From positions 2,418,001 to 2,482,000 of the forward strand of contig OZ193910.1 of NCBI GenBank assembly GCA_964276515.1: a stretch of 64,000 nucleotides of DNA, read 5' to 3'. The DNA is from Gordius albopunctatus. Its lineage: Eukaryota. A model generated the notes under the pieces. The model had not been told where the DNA came from, ran no database searches, and saw nothing but the letters and a program-made list of their open reading frames with translations. Every line of letters begins with the position of its first letter. The stretch's first letter is position 1. The translations under genes and the position numbers were made by a program. Positions 13,601 to 28,407 of this stretch are shown here, piece by piece.

Positions 13601-15936
13601 AAGAACAAAAACATGCGAATAAAGTGGATTTACTAGTTTTTGATGATAATGGAGTCAAGGTGTACGACGCCTCATCCTGTCAAATACGGGAGCGGATAAG
13701 GCCTGATTTAAAGTTGAAAATGTGGGACCAATACCACATGTCGGACCCTAAATTTGGCATTGATAGCGAGTTGGTATGCGATGAAGGCGGTACACAGAGA
13801 TGTCATTGGGGACCGTCAATAAATGTCAGAAATAAATTTTTATATGTAATTGAAAAAGGGATGAGTGGTATCTTAGTGCTTGACTTAAGTACACATGAGT
13901 TTAAAGAGGTATCTAACTATGTTTATGTCGTTTATATTTATCATGGTAATTTTTACAGAAAATTATGACGGATCTCAACCCGCAAACATTGAAATATATA
14001 CATAGTCATGATCAAATATGGGTTGTATGCCATCCTGTAACTGGTTCAAATAAATCACAAACAGGTAAAACTATCCAAGTTATAAGGGGTGCGTCAAAGC
14101 CCATTGCCCATGAAATAATGCATACTGAGCCAATTCAAGGGAAATTTGATCAAGTAAACTAATATAATTATTTATCAGCTTCACAAACACCATCTATATC
14201 ATAGAACGAATGTCGATATAAATTAGGTGCTTTATACCTCTAGCTGCCTTAATTTATGTGTCGTCTTAACCAATTTTTAAGTCAAATAAACTGTTATTAC
14301 TATTCTATAAGATTATTATAATGGCTATCTAATTTTATTTAAGGTTGAGAATTTATTTGTACCAGAGAGTGCTGAAGATGTATCTATAAAACCTAAATAT
14401 GGCTACACCATACACAGCACGAAAATGTACATGTATAAATTGGATTTAGAGTTGTTGCGATACGAAAGCTTAGTGGATTTAAGTGCTTATAAATGCATAC
14501 CCAAAGATGTTGCCTTTTACATCTATAGTAAAGTTCATTTATATACTTGTTGGCAATAATATTAGACCAATTGCTTCAAAAATTTGAGCGATGACAAAAG
14601 ATTAATTATCATGTTTTCTACAAATTAATATTTATTGGGACTATGTATTCAATTAAACGTTTTAAACTTACTTAGGATAATAAGATTGATTTATAATGTA
14701 GGATATCTTTATCAAGCCCCAAGACTGTGGGACCAAATTCATGATAAATAAGAAGAGTTTAGTATAACTTTATTATCAGCTTTCTTGTAGTCTATAGAAA
14801 ATAAGTACCAAATTTGTTATTAAGCAAAAGTCAGCTCTTATCAAGTTATATATATATTTTACTAAATTTTGAATAATTTGTATGCTGGACACTTTAAAAA
14901 ATTATAAGCTTAAAATTTTAAATTTGTGTAAAAAGTTTAAGTAGATGATACAGGAAATCTAAATGTGACCTGAATTAACGCGTCAGTTTATATAAAAATA
15001 TCCCTTTGCATCATGTTAATCATAAATAGACATTACAAAATGCCATTCCTATTAGCAAAGTTTGCCCTAAAATAATTGTATACTAGGTGGATTTGTCTTT
15101 GTTCGCTGCATAAATTTGGCTGGATATGACAAAGGGCAGATAATTTTAGATTATTTACTCGACACCGTAATATCTTTTGATTCTGGAATTCACGGTGTAC
15201 CTTATGTGTCTCCTGATCAGTCTTACGTTGCCAGCGTTGATAGTGTTACACGGATTGTAAAGTTTCAGAAACTCAACCAAACAGGTTAATAAAAAATTAT
15301 AATGGTGTTATTTGTTGTACATGAGCATAGCCAGGATTTAAAGTAGGAGGTGAGGGAATGATTTAAAGGAATGATTGAAAGAGGGTTAAATAAAATTTTT
15401 AACTATAGTTTAGTATAAAATGCGAATTATTTGATTTAGGGGAGTTTAAATGTTTCGCCTACCCCTGTATATGTCCATTTCGTTGTTATTATTGTAGGTG
15501 TAAAATACTTATTCGACATTGTGGCTCCCATTAACCCTACCAGCAGCATATTCCACTTGTCATTCACTTTTGGAACCTATGATTTCATATTTGCATCGAA
15601 TCAACAAACTGGAATTGTATTTTTCAACGTTTATAACCACCAAAGTTTTGACATTATTAATGAGTACAGTCTTCACGACTATAGGTACTTAAATCATTAG
15701 CGTCTTTTAATTATTTTATTCAAAACTTCCGCTTTTTTGTATACTTTTAATATTCTTAAACAAGGAATGAAATCAACTCGAATGTGGAATTGATGTCCAG
15801 TGGACCTTTTGGAGATTATATAGCACTGATAAAAGGTTCCATTATTATTATAATTGACGCAAAGCGAAAGAGTATTCATTGTCAAATCAATGAATCCAGT
15901 GGTTATAATTTAACTACCCAATGGGTCCACACCTAA
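10617..15936 (+). CDS. FSTL5: Follistatin-related protein 4/5-like (signal peptide, follistatin/Kazal, EF-hands, 2 Ig domains, C-terminal beta-propeller-like region); about 14 exons
   Basis: Exons include 10617-10703 and 10996-11047 (hydrophobic leader); 11161-11493 (CKDIYCP...ICGSDGRWYANRCELHRQSC); 12292-12517 (DINNDNSI, DDNGDSKL EF-hands); about 12808-12977, 13039-13375 and 13413-13556 (Ig, DTGAYTC); 13601-15936 ending SGPFGDY...IHCQI...QWVHT*. GT-AG boundaries keep frame. The exon end near 11910-11955 is uncertain. FSTL4 versus FSTL5 cannot be resolved. Confidence 0.85.
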
Positions 15937-16553
15937 AGTTATATGAATATAAAGAATATAATTTTTAAATATTTTTAAACCTTACAATAGCTAAATATCT
16001 TTTACTTTATAGCTTATAGTTTCATATTTGAACAGCTGGCCTAACATTTTATTATATTTTTTATACATATAGTCACATGCATTATGTACTCAATTGTTGC
16101 ATTTACAATATGAATAAATATAAATCTCTTTTTGACAGCTCAAATGAAATGTCATGGACTGTCAACTATAAGATACAAACTAAGGGTTGTGAAATCAAAA
16201 AGTAACTTTCTAAATTAAAGGGTATACATTTTGGTATTTCTTAAAACTAGTAAACTTTAGAGAGAAAATGTTTTGGGTTAAATAAAAAAATAATTAGTCT
16301 TGCATTACTTATCGTTTCCTTAGATAGTTGATCTTTGATATAATTTTCATATAAGAAATATGATCTAACATTTTATGGTGATGAACACATAAAAAATTCA
16401 AATTAAGTATAAATGCTAAAATAAATTTTTAAAATTGCCCTACAACAACTAGGCTATTTAAATTTCAACATATTTAACTTGAAAATTTCTTCGTACAAAT
16501 ATTGCAATAATTATTCACAAAGCTTACGCTCATGTATTAAGTGCATTGCAACA

Positions 16554-17432
16554 TCTATATATATAAAGTAAAGTGTATGTATATATGTATGTAAGAGCTA
16601 AATTCTGAAACTACGGGCCCGATTCGCGCAAACCCGTAGGTTCCTATTTTCAGAATCCTAAAATTCCTTTTAGTTTTAAAAATATGGGCCTTTTAGTTTT
16701 AAAAAATGGCTTAATTCTAAAACTAGCGGCCCGATTCGCGCGAAAATTTAGCCGTAGATGCCCAGGGCGGCCAGGGGTAAAATAGCTTTTTCAGATTCCT
16801 AAAATACCTTTTCGTTTTAAAAATATCGGACATTTCCCGGCCAGTTTAATTTATAGCAGCATATACAATAATGACGTCATATATACAAGGCTGAAGTTTT
16901 CTCAAATTAGATATTTAAAAGTATAATAAAAATGTTACAGTCTACGGTAAAAATTATTGGGGTTTAATAAACTATTTAAATTAAATAAATAATATTTAAA
17001 TTATTATCACGTGGTCGATCATAGAAGCATATTTTTAATAATTATCCATCCTTCAATTAATTATTTTATTATATTAAAGAAAATCGTATTTCAAATAAAT
17101 CAGCTAACTAGAAAAATAAAATAATGATATTATTGTATAATAAGTAACAACATTGATCAGCAATTTTTCCAAAAACATTTAATTTTAGTCGGATTTGATG
17201 ACTAAAACAGAATTCACATTTGGTTTGTCTTATTATATATATACTGAAAATAGTGGGTTCATAAAATCCATGATGTGATAAAATTCGTGCTCTAAATAAA
17301 TATTATGGATATTTTATTTATTTGAATTATTATTTCATATATGGCCCCATTTTAGATAAGTCTTATTAATAGGTTATACTTATTTAACCACTTAGGACTG
17401 AGCCAAAGCAACGCTTGGCCGGGCACAGCTAG
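16554..17432 (+). mobile_element. Non-autonomous Helitron
   Basis: 5' TCTATATATATAAAG after an A; (TATG) microsatellite near the 5' end; 3' hairpin GCCAAAGC-AAC-GCTTGGC then CTAG followed by T; no TSD. Confidence 0.8.
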
Positions 17433-17721
17433 TATATAATAAATAAAGGTGCACCTGTGAAGGCCACGTTTGTGAAAAGTAAGATAGCTAAGATAGATGT
17501 CCTGGAAACAATCGTTAGACAAGCACAAAGGTCGTTGTTCTGCATAATAAATCATTTGCCATTGTAGCCAAATTTAGATAGTTGATCTTTGATTCATTAA
17601 GTACCAATTTAAATTTGGCAGGATGATGAAAATGTCGCGAAATTTAAAGATGCCTCAGTAATAATTACACCGTAATAACTCATTTTATATTAAATATATT
17701 TGAATTTTATAATAATGCTAT

Positions 17722-20700
17722 TGTTATGCGCGGTATAAATTATAATCAACGTTAGGAAGGGGTATAGATAAAACCGAAGGAATTATAATCGCGTATACAG
17801 AAACTAAGAAATACATTAAAACCAATTTAGATAATTTAATTTTTTTTAATATCATAATTAATTTATTAATTAGAATATGGTATAAAAAAATTACATACAC
17901 GACTAAAAAATATTAAAAACGCGCTATAATTAAACGGATGGCATTGATCCGTGTATGGAAATCGTGGTGGATTTAACCATTTCCATTGTGATCTTTTGCT
18001 TGATAAAAAAGTATTCTTTGGGATCGTGTGTAATGGTAGTTATATTAATTGTCATTCGGGGCATTATCATTAACATTCTACAATTCGGTAATTTACTAAT
18101 CGCCTGAGGCACACACTCATATTACCTCTCTACAGTCTTACACCCCCCCACCCACTTTGACGGACAAAATTATTAAGAAATGCTGGCAGTTTTCGACTAC
18201 GTTGCAGGTATCTAGGTTTCTCTCTAGACGTCCCAAAATGATTTTGAATTTGTTCTTTTGGGACACTTGTTTCCGGTTATCGTTGCTCCATCGTTTCCCC
18301 TTCTGATGTCATTCTTTGATGCCATCCGTTGTTTTCTCTCAGTGTGGTCCAATTAAGGTTTTTCCGTTCCCCTACTGGATCCAAGTGTCGGTGGTGCTTT
18401 GTTCCCTGCGCCCACACATCGTAGGAACGAATATCGTGCTTGGCTTTTATAGTGGCTTCTATTCATTTTCTTAGTCCGAAATATATGCGTAACCAAACCT
18501 TGTTTCCTACGTCGAACATACGCGGGTCGCCAGTGTCGGTGGTACTGTTTCTCTTATTACCTCTCATTCGATTAACATACGCATTTTTAGCATCGCTGGG
18601 TTTTTATTGGTTTTGGGGTGTTTTATAGCTCTCTAGGTTTCCAAAAATGTACCCCACGTCCGACTCGTTTCTTATAATGGCTTCTTTGAACAATCGTATG
18701 TACTTTTCTGCTACCCCATTGGAAGCAGGATGGTAAGGGGCTGTCCGTCGCTGATTCGTCCATCTCATTTTGCATAAATGCCGTAACTCCTGACCTATGA
18801 ATTGCGACCCCTATCTGATGTTAAAAAAGGCAGATTCCCGAATCTCGCAAACGTTTCGGCAAGTTTTTTTTTATTATAGTCATCGATATGATGTCTTAAA
18901 CTTAAACACCTATGCCCATCTCAAGCTATTCTCCACCATAATTAGGTGTGATTTACCCTTGAGAAGATGTCCATATGTACTTGAATCCAAGTCTATGGCT
19001 AGGTTGATATTCTCTCAACGGTGACTTTTGCCGCCTAGTCGGCTTAATTAAAACTTCGGCACCCTTTTGCTACCCTCAATAAGTCATCGTCGAGAGCCAT
19101 GCCACTTCTTGCATTCGCTTGATATTCTCGTGGCTCCTATGTAGTCTTTGGAGTAAGGCTTTTCTTAATTTAGCCGTAATTAATATTCGTCGCCCTTTGT
19201 AAAATATTATGTTTTATCGTGTAACTTTGGCAAGTGTTTCCGTGGGAGCGTTTTATCCCATAAGTGACAATCGTCTTTTGTTTGCCTCTTATCCACTCTT
19301 TTAACTGACGTAGCCCTGGATCATCCAAGGTATTATGTATCACCACGTCCAATGATATAAATGGATTTGTAGAGCATTCTGGTGTTTCCTTGCTAACATA
19401 CTATGCGTGTTTGTTTGGTTTTCTGGACAAGAAATCTACCGTGTTTTCTGACCCCTTTTCGCACATAAACTTAGTCGTGTAACCTGATAACATGAATGCT
19501 AACCTAGTTAGTCGTGACGACCATTGTTCCTTGCCCCTTTTGCTTTGATCATATATATAAACTAGCATTATATGATCCGTCTTAATAGTAAAGCTTCGTC
19601 CTTCTATATATTCATTAAACTTTTTCAGGCCATAGACCACCGCCAGCACCTCTCGTTCAATCGTTGAATATCGGCTCTCACTATCGCTTAATGCTCTTGA
19701 AGCATATGCCACCACTATCCTATTCTCCACTGGCGCTTTTTGTTGTAAGATAGCCCTTAGCTAGCAGAGGCGTCTACTACCAGACCTATCTTCAAATTTA
19801 CATTAAAGTAAGCGCGGACTTGATAGCATCAAATACAGTTGTTCTCCATCCCAGCGATACGTCTCATTTCTTCCATTTTTTGAATTGGGTGTACGATTTT
19901 GGCTTAGTTTCAATAAACTCTAAAAAATATTTAACCCAATAAATCATTTAATTTCATTTTTATTTGTCAAATTGCGTTACTAGTTCGACTTTATTACTGT
20001 TGATTTGAATCCCTCTGTTGCTAATTAAGTATTCCAAAAATGTTACTTCCTTAGCACACAAGATGTTCTTGGATATGTTAGGCACGAATCCTTATTTTGT
20101 AAAGTTAGTAACTTGAGTAGCCGCTCGTTGCGAACTTCTTCCGTTTTACTTGCAATTAGCATATCGTCAATGAATACTGCTACTCCCTCCATGCCTCCTA
20201 ATATTTCATATATTGTTTTTTGAAAAAGAGCCGCGGTGGAATTTAAGCCAAAAGATATAGGGTTGGCTTTAAATAAACCTTTGTGCATGGAGACCGTCAA
20301 TCGTTTGCTTGTCTTTGGACCTAGCTCGAGCTGCAAATTGACTTTTATCAGTCAAATCCAGCTTTAAGAAAGTTTATTTAACAAATCATCGATTTTTAGT
20401 AAGGGGTACATAAATTATGTGCAAATTTATTTATGGTAAACCGGTAATCAATACATAACCGTAGACTCCCTCGTTTTTCTTTACTGGCACCAGTGGACTA
20501 GCATATCTTGAAAAATCAATTGGTTCTATTACACCGTCTCCTACCAATCTTTCCAGTTATTTTTCCACTTATTTCTTCCAGGCCATCGGTAATTTTTGCA
20601 GGGTTAAATATATGATCTATGTCGTCTTTTACACGTACTTCCACCCTTATTCACTTCACTGCTTTCCGGAATCCGTTCTGCTGAGCCTCTTATTGCTTCA

Positions 20701-21736
20701 TAACGTGATGGATTGCGGGCTTAGTATCATTTGGTCTTTTCACGTAATTGACCATGAACCGTCAAGGTATTATTGGGCAAATTCCGAGGTCGAATTTTTG
20801 GATCCGTTCAATCCCGAACAACGGCGGTTCAATTACGCCTGCCAACAATAATAGCAGATGTTTCATTATTTTACCCATTCTGACTCCGGCTTGAACCCTG
20901 GCTACAATCTTTATCTCTTCGTGGCCCTATGAGTACACCGCTGAGACGGGGTCTTCGTTGCGTGGGATCTACTTTGTTCGAACGCTGGTATTGAAGATAA
21001 ATTGACATAACTCATTATTAATATATATATCTATGGTTAACACATTTAAAGCAAGGTTTAACATGGAAATCCGGACCGGCCTAGGTCACGCTTCTCGTCT
21101 CACCTCTAAGGCCTATGGGTTTTCGGACACGTCCCGCAAGGCGCTTAGCTCCACCGCCATTTAAGCCTCTATTGCGTAACCCTATAATAAATTGGTCCGT
21201 CATTTTGTTAAGCAATTATGCGTTTCCGAAGTGGCAGCTCTTAGCTGCGGTCTTGAGTCTATTCAGGTACACGTATATCGTCTCTAAAACTTCTTGTCAG
21301 GCCTTTTAGAATTCATATCTCATTGCCATCACGCATGAATTCCTATTGAATAATTTCCTTAGCTGTTTCTTACCTTCTTCGCATAAAATTCCTTTAAGAT
21401 CTTTCGGTCTATTCTAAAACTAACTGTAATGCTCGCCCTCAATCCGCTTAAAAGAATCGCAGTATTTCTTTCACTCGTCGCGGGTTCTATCTCGCTGATT
21501 GGGTTATAAATACTTAGATATTAACATTTAGTTTATACTTCTGCGTCACCACGTAGGATGCGCGGCCACTGTTGTGCGCAGTGTAATATTATAATTAACG
21601 TTAGGAAGGTGTATAAATAAAACCAAAAGGATATACGGTAAGCCAATTAACGCTAATTTAATTGTCACTCGAGGCATTACCACTAACATTCTACAATTCG
21701 GTAATTTACGTATAGCTGAGGCACTAGGCACTCCTT
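17722..21736 (-). mobile_element. Degenerate Gypsy (Ty3) LTR retrotransposon
   Basis: RT (VFIDD, HKGLF), RNase H (VAYASRALSDSESRYSTIERE...TDH) and integrase remnants. LTR-like repeats at 17722-18134 and 21570-21736; purine-rich tract next to 18134. Internally similar to the 60087-64000 element. Confidence 0.88.
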
Positions 21737-22200
21737 TAGTGAGAGGAGAGGAATACAATTTATTAAATGATAAAAAGAACAATGATACGAAACTTATAAA
21801 ATGGCGAGTTTATATAGCAATAGATAACGATAACATTTAGATGAGAGTTAATTCTGTGTGTGTATTCTTTCTATTTTCACCTTGTACGTATTACAACCAA
21901 ATATCTTCCAAGGTAACTGTAATTTGTTTCCCTACAGATACTCCCCCTCTAAAAAAAGAAAAGATATATATATATATATATACATTATAATTTATAAGAA
22001 GAAAATTTTTGTGGAATATTTATGGTTCTTCCATGTCTAGAAATCCGTTGTTGGACAGGTAAAGTGTTACTATCATCTTCTTTTGTTTTGATCCATGCTG
22101 GTTTGAGCCTGTCTTTTTAACCCTTTTCCAAAATAACATGATTGGACACATTTCCTGGCGTTGGATATCCAGGTCGATAGGAAAGAAAATGCCTACCATC
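21737..22200 (-). mobile_element. 3' fragment (integrase tail, PPT, LTR) of a second Gypsy element abutting the first element's LTR
   Basis: Minus strand DRLKPA...[26 protein letters not shown] followed by TGTAGGG; TATA- and AATAAA-like motifs. Confidence 0.6.
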
Positions 22201-22822
22201 AAGATTTTTTTTAAAGATTAATGTATTGTTAGCTAAGATTTTAATTGTAGCTACCATAAAATCAGTCACTTATTTAGAGAGAGAGTTCAACCAATATTTA
22301 TAAATTGAATCCAAATTGGCCAAGTTTAATAGGGACTTTCTTCGCGTTATTCATCAATACTATTCTTATATGTTGTGTAAACTAGATATTAAATCGTGTT
22401 AGTATATTTAATATATTTTGCAAATCAGTTTTAGTATATTAATTTATTTTAACCTATAGATTTGGTAAAAATACGTCAAATATAAAATAGAGTGAAATAA
22501 AATTGGAATGTTAAATATTAAAAATTTGTATTATATATAGTGTTAAAAAATTATTATATTTAATTGCCAATAGTTATAGTCATGTTTTGGTCTAGTTCGA
22601 AAATAGAATCAATGTAAAACTATCTAATAAGTGTTGTGATTGTATTAAAATTATGCTAATTAAATATTACCTACACAGCTACACAATTTACACGTAATAA
22701 AAAACTCACAGCTGTTCTTACCGCATTTTCGGTGACCCAATTTTAAACTCTTGCTTTCTTTATTTAATGTCACAATAAACCGGTTTATTCAAGCATAATT
22801 TCTATTCATTGAATTTTTCAAT

Positions 22823-25800
22823 ATGTGGATTTTTGGTTATGGTTCTCTATTATGGAAAACAAATTTTCCATATGAAGAAAAAAGGAACGGATACATTCGA
22901 AAATATGTCAGGCGATTTTGGCAAGCCAGTTTAGATCACAGAGGAACACTTGAGAAAGTACACATAAAATTTTTTGACATTAAGTAACATATTTTAGCCC
23001 GGACGTGTAGTTACTCTCATATATACTGATGATCCAAATGTAAGCTTTAATAATAATTTAATCTTTAATTTATTTCTATTTTGTATATGTTTCATTTATA
23101 ATATTTTAAAAGCAAAATATTTGAAAATTTATAGGTTACTATTATATTAAAATTTTGAACTTAAAATATAACTCATAAATTTTGTACATTACTTTCATTT
23201 GTAAAATTAATTTTTTTGTCATTGCTCTATTAAATATGGATTGGCTTAAGCTAAAACTCTATTTAACTTATTAAATTACCTATTCTAATTTAATTTTTTT
23301 TGAATAGTATTGAAATTTAGTATAAATAGATTGAATCTGAATATCCATTCGAATTCAATTGTGTCCTTTGAATCTTTATTTTTAATTAAAAGTTAACCAT
23401 CAATTTTAATTAAAACAAATTTTCAAGCAATTAAAATTTGTAGGCCCAAAAATATACTTAAATATAGGTTAGATGTGAATTAAGAAGTGGGTGATTGGCA
23501 GTCTAGTATATGTACAAAATCTATTAGCAATTTGCAATCTATGTCTTACACACCAAATACTATTTATATAGATTATATTGTTAAATTTGGAAATTCTATA
23601 TTAAAACAACTTGAAAAAGTTATTATTTTATCACTTCTTTCGACTTTCTAAATTATATGACGTCATCAATAAATGATGTCAAACCCATTTTCGATATTAT
23701 TTCCGCCACAAGTGCTCCCAAATGATGTATTGTAACTTAAACACTGTTAAATTTGAGTCCTTAAATTCTGCTCTTTATCCTATTGTTCAAGCGATAATAG
23801 TGACCTCGCATTATCTAATTCTTTGAAACAACGCTGCATAGTAAGGAGGGGGGGGGGGTGGCGGCTCTAAATCCAAAAATGTATTTTAATAATGGCTAAA
23901 ATTTCAAAAAATAATCATTATGCCCCCTTAATTCCAATGTCGCTACCCCCCATGGGCACAACTTTAAGTTTACTACATCATGCATGTGAGATGTATATGT
24001 AACTTTTCGTTTTCAGCTTTATTTTTAATCACACAACCATTTTTTCTCCATTTTAACGCAGTTTGTTAACGACGCTCTGTAGATCTTTAAGGGTTACGGA
24101 AATACTCGTATTTGGTGGCGGCTGGGGTGTCCTGCTCCGTTTTCATCTCTAATCCTTATAAACATGGGCGTACCCCCGGTTTTGAATTAGGGGGGGGGGG
24201 GGGCAGATTATTTTTAACAAATTTTTTTTGCTTGACTATTCAAAAATTTTCGGGCGACCCAAAAAAATGAACTTGACTAAGCATCTGTATTAATTTGAGT
24301 TAAGTTCAAACAGGGGGGGGGGGCAAAACATAATTTTTTTATTTTAAATTAGGGATGGAAAAGGAAATTGGTTATATGAATGAATGATTATAAATAGCAT
24401 TAATTTAACAAACACTACGTTTACTTCATTTTGTAATGTAACATTCATATCCTTCGAGTCCCCGACTCTATAAATTCAACCCGAACCGACCCGACCCGAA
24501 AGCGTTTTTAAATTTTCAACCCGAACCCGACCCGGGTGACCCGTGCAGGTCTCTAACTCAAGTCACGTTTTTTGCACGCATATTCCACATAACTCAACGT
24601 TATTTTAGTTCTTGCCCCCCCCCTTTGCTTCTTCGACTAAATATTGCTTAAATAACATCCTTTTTTGGTCGAATGATGATTGATATTTCACATATCTCTT
24701 CCTCTCGTCACCTAGCCTAGACCTATAATATTCCTCATTCAAGGTCCATTCCCTTCATGCTTCTTAGCATGGGCTTAGCCAAGAGAGGGAGGGAGGGAGG
24801 GCAGGAGGGGCGGCTGCCCCCCTCTAAATTCAAAAATTTGCTGAAATCTATTAAAATTATGGGGCTAAAATGTAAAAAACCCCTAAATCATTATTGCCCC
24901 CCCCTCTAATTCCTATGCTAGCTACGCCGATGTTTCCTACCTTTTTACTAATTTCTAAATAAAATATTTAAGTCTACTCTTTAAACTAAAGACTCAACTT
25001 TATGAGACTAAATCTAGGTAAGGAGTTATAATTGGGATGATCATGCGTTACTTTTTAGTCTCGAAATGCCTGGGGTATGTGAAACGACCCCAAGTTAATG
25101 ATAAAAATAGGTCGTTGTTTTTTTTATTTTATTTCCAAAAAACCTATATCTATTTTATGACAGTGTCGATACAAGCCAAAATTATAGTTTCCAATTTTCA
25201 CATGACTTTTACTCTATTTCGACGACCGGAAACTAATTTTAAACTTATATATTTTTGAAAAAGCTATCGTCGTCTTCCTCCCCCTATTCGATTTTACCAG
25301 TAAAGGATTTGATATTTATTTACGTGAATACCGAATCAAATTTTCAAGGAACTTAACCCTTTCTGGTGTGCCATATATACAATTAGATATCTAACGATTT
25401 CTCCTTTTAATATTAACCCGGATGTAGAGCCCCGCAAGATATAATTTCTTCGGCCTAAACCCGGCCTTAGCCCGACACTTTTATTTAATTTTGTTCGTGC
25501 CCGGGCCAACTATTTTGAAATGTAAATTTATAGTAAAACATATATTCGGGAGATCCACCCCCATCTTTCATTTAACATAAAAAATTTTGTCCCCTTTATA
25601 AATAGCCTACTGAACAAAGAAATTAGGAAAAAGATTTAGAAAAAATTTTCAGTTACATTTTGCCTCGGGTCGGGTTGCCCCATCATGCCCTAAACCCGAG
25701 CCCGATGCCCGATTAAGTTTTGCGGGGCTCTACCCTGATGCCAATAAAGTGAGATGGTAAAAACCCTCATGATCGTTTCGCGACCAGTTCACCAATGACC

Positions 25801-28407
25801 GCAAAATGGCTTTGGTGCAGGAGGGGGTGGCGGAGCTGGCTACCCCTATGCCTCAAAAAATAGCCTGGGTGTATATTGTGTTCACATAGTTTTATGTGAG
25901 GGATCGACTGAAAAATTAGAAATTGCATAGCAATTAATAAAAGATAAATTGTCTCGTGCGTATAAACGTAGTATTTAAAATATTCGATTTTTACAACTAT
26001 CACAATATTTTTCCATAATCCCTCACAATCTTCAATTTCACATTTTCCTTAATTATAAAATTTTTAACCCCTCATCCTTAGCTTATCTCTCTGTCACGTT
26101 TTATTTTCTTTTGTCGGAAGCCAAAAAGTCAATATATCGAGATCAATATTTGGCACCATCATCCACCCCCCCCCCCCCCCACCCCTTTCCTCGTCATCCG
26201 CCCGCCATTTTGGCAATCGCCTATTCGGCAAATTCCGCGCTCTAACGGGTCCTTCTGCTCGCCTATTCTAAAAACACTGTTATTATGCCAAAAAGCGTTT
26301 GGTGGGTAGTGTTGCTTTTAAACAGGGAAAATTATGAATCTATTTAGCCCATTTTGGCCTTTTCTTAATTCACTTATTCGTGCTTGAACTGCGCGCTTGG
26401 TTTCTAAACTGGAAATAAATCAAGAAACCTCTATAAGCGCTTAATTACAGCTTTTAAAGTTTGGCTGGCTTTGAATGAATATCTGGAGTAAAGCAATTTG
26501 GATTTGGGATCACATAGCTTGCAAAATCTTGGCAGAGACGTCTTACTACAGGATATTGCCTTTTCATGTATATCGATTGATTGCTTTGTTGAAGCGAACT
26601 CTTCTTGAAAAATCAGTGAGAATCCCTATGTTCCACCTTGCCTTAAATGTAGAGAGGGGGGCGGAGCAAAGTGATAATTTTTTGTAATTTTAGCCATTAT
26701 TTTATTAAATTCTAAAAAATTTTGGTTTTAGAGGGTAGCAGCTGCCCCCCCCCCTCCTGCTTCCCCTTGGCAACGTCCATATGCTGATTTTATTGATGGG
26801 TCAGATTTGAATAAATAAATTAATTTTTATTTATTAATTTCGACTGCATGGCCGTAGCAAGTATCGGAATTAGAGGGGGGGGCAATAATGATTTAGGGAG
26901 GGAAAAAATAATACTTTTTCGCAATTAGCCATAATCCTTCTAAATTTCCATAAATTTTTCGATTTAAAGCCATGGTGGTCGGTAAAGGATTTTTCATAAC
27001 TCTATTAGATATTAAATTTTTATTAAATCCGTAATTATCATCAAAGTATTTAATGTAAACTTTTGGAAAAAGAGGTTTATGATTAAATAAGAAGAGAAAA
27101 TAAATATGGGGTAATGCGGTGTAATTCCACCAATGATGCTTCCCCTACTAAATAAAAAAGGGAACGGAAACGGATCTTCCAAAACTCATTTTCTCAGGTG
27201 GGAATGGTCTGGTTAAATATTATTTTACACAAATACGCATCATACATATTAATATATCTTAGATTTTTCCAATATTTGGATAAGCTACTAACACACTTGC
27301 AATAAATTACGATTTTTTACCCACAATCTTATGGATTTCGCTTAGTATAGCCCTAAATTTTCCGACACGTGCTCGTGTGCATTCCTAAATAATCTAATGT
27401 GCGTTCATTTTCGTAACGATGCCCATACAGGACGTGGTGTGGGGTACAGCTTTTAAAGTGGCTCCCGAAAACGTGCAATCCGTGTTAGAATACTTGGATT
27501 TTAGGGAGAAGAATGGCTATGTCAAGCGCAAAATACCTTTTCATTCCGTACCACCCGCTCCCAATCCGACCCGAACATCCGAACCGATCGAATCATTACC
27601 AACCGGTTCGATTCAATTAACCGGTATAACTCTGTTTAATATTGCACCTAAAATATGTAGTTCTCATTTAAGCAGAGATTCTTAGTCTTAAACTTGCAGA
27701 ATACTAACGAATTTGTATTTTGCTAGAAATATTTCTTTTTTAAATTTGAAACAGATAATTTTAGAGGATGGGAACTTTTGGTCAAAATTTATAGCGGAGT
27801 ATATTATATACTATATTTCCGGGTCGGGAAAAAACCCTTCGCGTTTGCTAGTGTGGGAGCTAAAATCGAATTTTGAGGTTTTGCTTATTCAAGTTATATC
27901 TAATACATTCGCGCATAACTTCATATGTTATATTTTGGTTTCTTGTTAATAAATTTTTGGAATTTAATAACCATTAATAAAGTATTTTATGAGTGATCAC
28001 TATTTCAGAAAGCGCTACTGCTTAAATAAATATATCTTCAAGTATTTTTTCTATGCGGTATTAAATCTTTTTTTCCAGACATCTCAGCCGATCTAAGTCA
28101 GGGCAAGATATTGGGAAATACGCTCGGGCTGAGCCTTCACCGAGAGGAAGAAGACGTGTTAGAGGTTGAAGCTTACATAGCTGACGAAAGCAATCCACAT
28201 TTTTTGGGCCCGGCGCCCTTGGAGAGTATGGCCCAACAAATCCTTACCTCTTTCGGAGTCAGTGGTCACAACCTGGAATATTTGCTCAACCTTTCGCAAG
28301 TTTTGAAAGAAATAGCACCCGCTGACCATCACGAACCCCACATCAACGAATTGGTCAAAACCGTCAATCTTAATACCACCACCGTTCAACCTCAAAAATC
28401 TCGCTAA
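22823..28407 (+). CDS. CHAC2: ChaC-family glutathione-specific gamma-glutamylcyclotransferase (CHAC2-like); exons 22823-22957, 22998-23039, 27431-27623, 28079-28407
   Basis: [51 protein letters not shown]...[16 protein letters not shown]; splice phases are consistent. Confidence 0.92.
25425..25732. mobile_element. hAT-type MITE in ChaC intron 2
   Basis: TIRs TAGAGCCCCGCAA and TTGCGGGGCTCTA; TSD CCCGGATG/CCCTGATG (7/8). Confidence 0.8.
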
